Below, one piece after another: positions 63,051-64,000 of a stretch of DNA of 64,000 nucleotides. Under the pieces are notes generated by a model that ran no database searches, had not been told where the DNA came from, and saw nothing but the letters and a program-made list of their open reading frames with translations. Source of the stretch: Chlorokybus atmophyticus (taxonomy: Eukaryota; Plantae; Mesostigma and Chlorokybus algae); the NCBI GenBank assembly GCA_009103225.1, contig RHPI01000385.1:743627-807626 (forward strand). The letters are read 5' to 3'. Both the position numbers and the translations under genes were made by a program. Position 1 is the first letter of the stretch. Each line of letters starts with the position of its first letter.

Positions 63051-64000
63051 TGTTCCCAAACCCTCCCCCTCTGGCTTCGGCCTGGAGATCGGGACTTGGT
63101 TAGGACAACTGTGGGGAGGTTTTAGGACAATCTGTTCCCAAACCCTGTTAGTCTGAAACCCTCCCCCTCTGGCTTCGGCCTGGAGATTGGGACTTGGTTA
63201 AGGACAACACAGGGTTAGGACATTCTGGTCCCACTCAGACTTGTTCTGTTTGGTGACACTCCAGATCCAACCTTTCCTATTTTGGGACTGGTTTGGACTC
63301 TGTTTGGGACTTTTACAAATTGGGGTCATTTTGATCCTCTCGTTAAACCTGGTCCATTGGTGAGGTTCTCACCATCCCATTCTGCCTGTTTTGCAGGCAA
63401 ATGGAAGAAAACTCGGTGCCCACCTCCAAAGGGGAGAGCTCAGAAAAAGAGCAACTTTCCCGTGAGGAGGAATTTCCATCCATGGAAGATATTCCGAATC
63501 CGGATGATGCACCTGATGAGTCTCAAGCTGCTAAAGCTGCGGAAGCTTCAGTGGATGATAGATCACCTTCTATATTCCCTGAGTTTTCTATTCGCATGAC
63601 ACAGCAGGACTTGATGGAGCATTTCCTTAGCACCTATGATCAGGACCCTCGTGAGGCAATTGTCTCATTCGTGAACTTTCTCTTCCTATTGGCAGAAAAA
63701 GTTTCAAAGCTCACCACCTTTATGGGGCGAGATTGGGAGGGGCAGATGGGTGAAGGCAAACGTGTTCTGAATATGATCGAGCGTCTGCAGCGTGCTGACG
63801 GTGGTCCACCTGTTCAAGCACTTGNCCGTCCTGCCGAGTTTGTTCCCAACAAGCAAGCGGCCATCTTCGACTGGCTTGTAAAGTTGCGACACTATGTCAA
63901 CTCCCTTCATATTTTTGAGGAGGGGAAATTGCGTGTAGCTGAGTTGCTGATCCCAAACGATGCTTTGGCAGAGTGGTACCGCCGTAAGCAACGGGATACC
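63051..64000 (+). mobile_element. 5' end of a Ty3/Gypsy-like LTR retrotransposon: putative short LTR region 63051-63222 and gag ORF from 63401, open to the window end
   Basis: ORF MEENSVPTSK...RPAEFVPNKQAAIFDWLVKLRHYVNSLHIFEEGKLRVAELLIPNDALAEWYRRK fits the retrotransposon gag pattern (P-x-x-F...W-L...K-x-x-V-A...A-x-x-W). It is intronless and not in the ORF track because it has no stop. It is preceded by TGT...ACA units. Confidence 0.72.

Noticed and set aside
1-64000. The many 60-150 aa ORFs rich in C/H/M/T/A on either strand
   Set aside because: They are antisense shadows of real exons or translations of TGCA/CA-rich introns and low-complexity tracts.

Overview
Intron-rich eukaryotic nuclear DNA, inferred to be from a green alga (plastid transit peptides, nuclear SUFD and chorismate synthase, plant-type LON-N and TPR genes). 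It is a draft assembly with three N-gaps. I traced exons by hand for about a dozen genes: RRP43 (partial), a DAO-family FAD oxidoreductase, a fucosyltransferase-like glycosyltransferase, SUFD, a LON N-terminal-domain protein, a secreted bacterial-type heparinase II/III-like lyase, a large unassigned helical protein, an NTF2/SnoaL-like protein, chorismate synthase, a WrbA/FQR-type flavodoxin-like reductase, a tandemly duplicated TPR gene (one intact copy, one pseudogene) and a ZIP metal transporter. Gene-poor blocks (about 20.6-29 kb, 39.9-42.7 kb and 61-64 kb) hold decayed repeats, hairpins, a complete 388-bp TRIM retroelement and the 5' end of a Ty3/Gypsy-like element. The most notable observations are an unusually high density of GC-AG introns, the intron-containing bacterial-type lyase, a metallothionein-like Cys loop with an in-frame stop-free intron in the ZIP transporter, and the TRIM. 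No prokaryotic-type systems (CRISPR, operons) are supported. Exon boundaries and family assignments come from manual translation and motif recall, not database searches.
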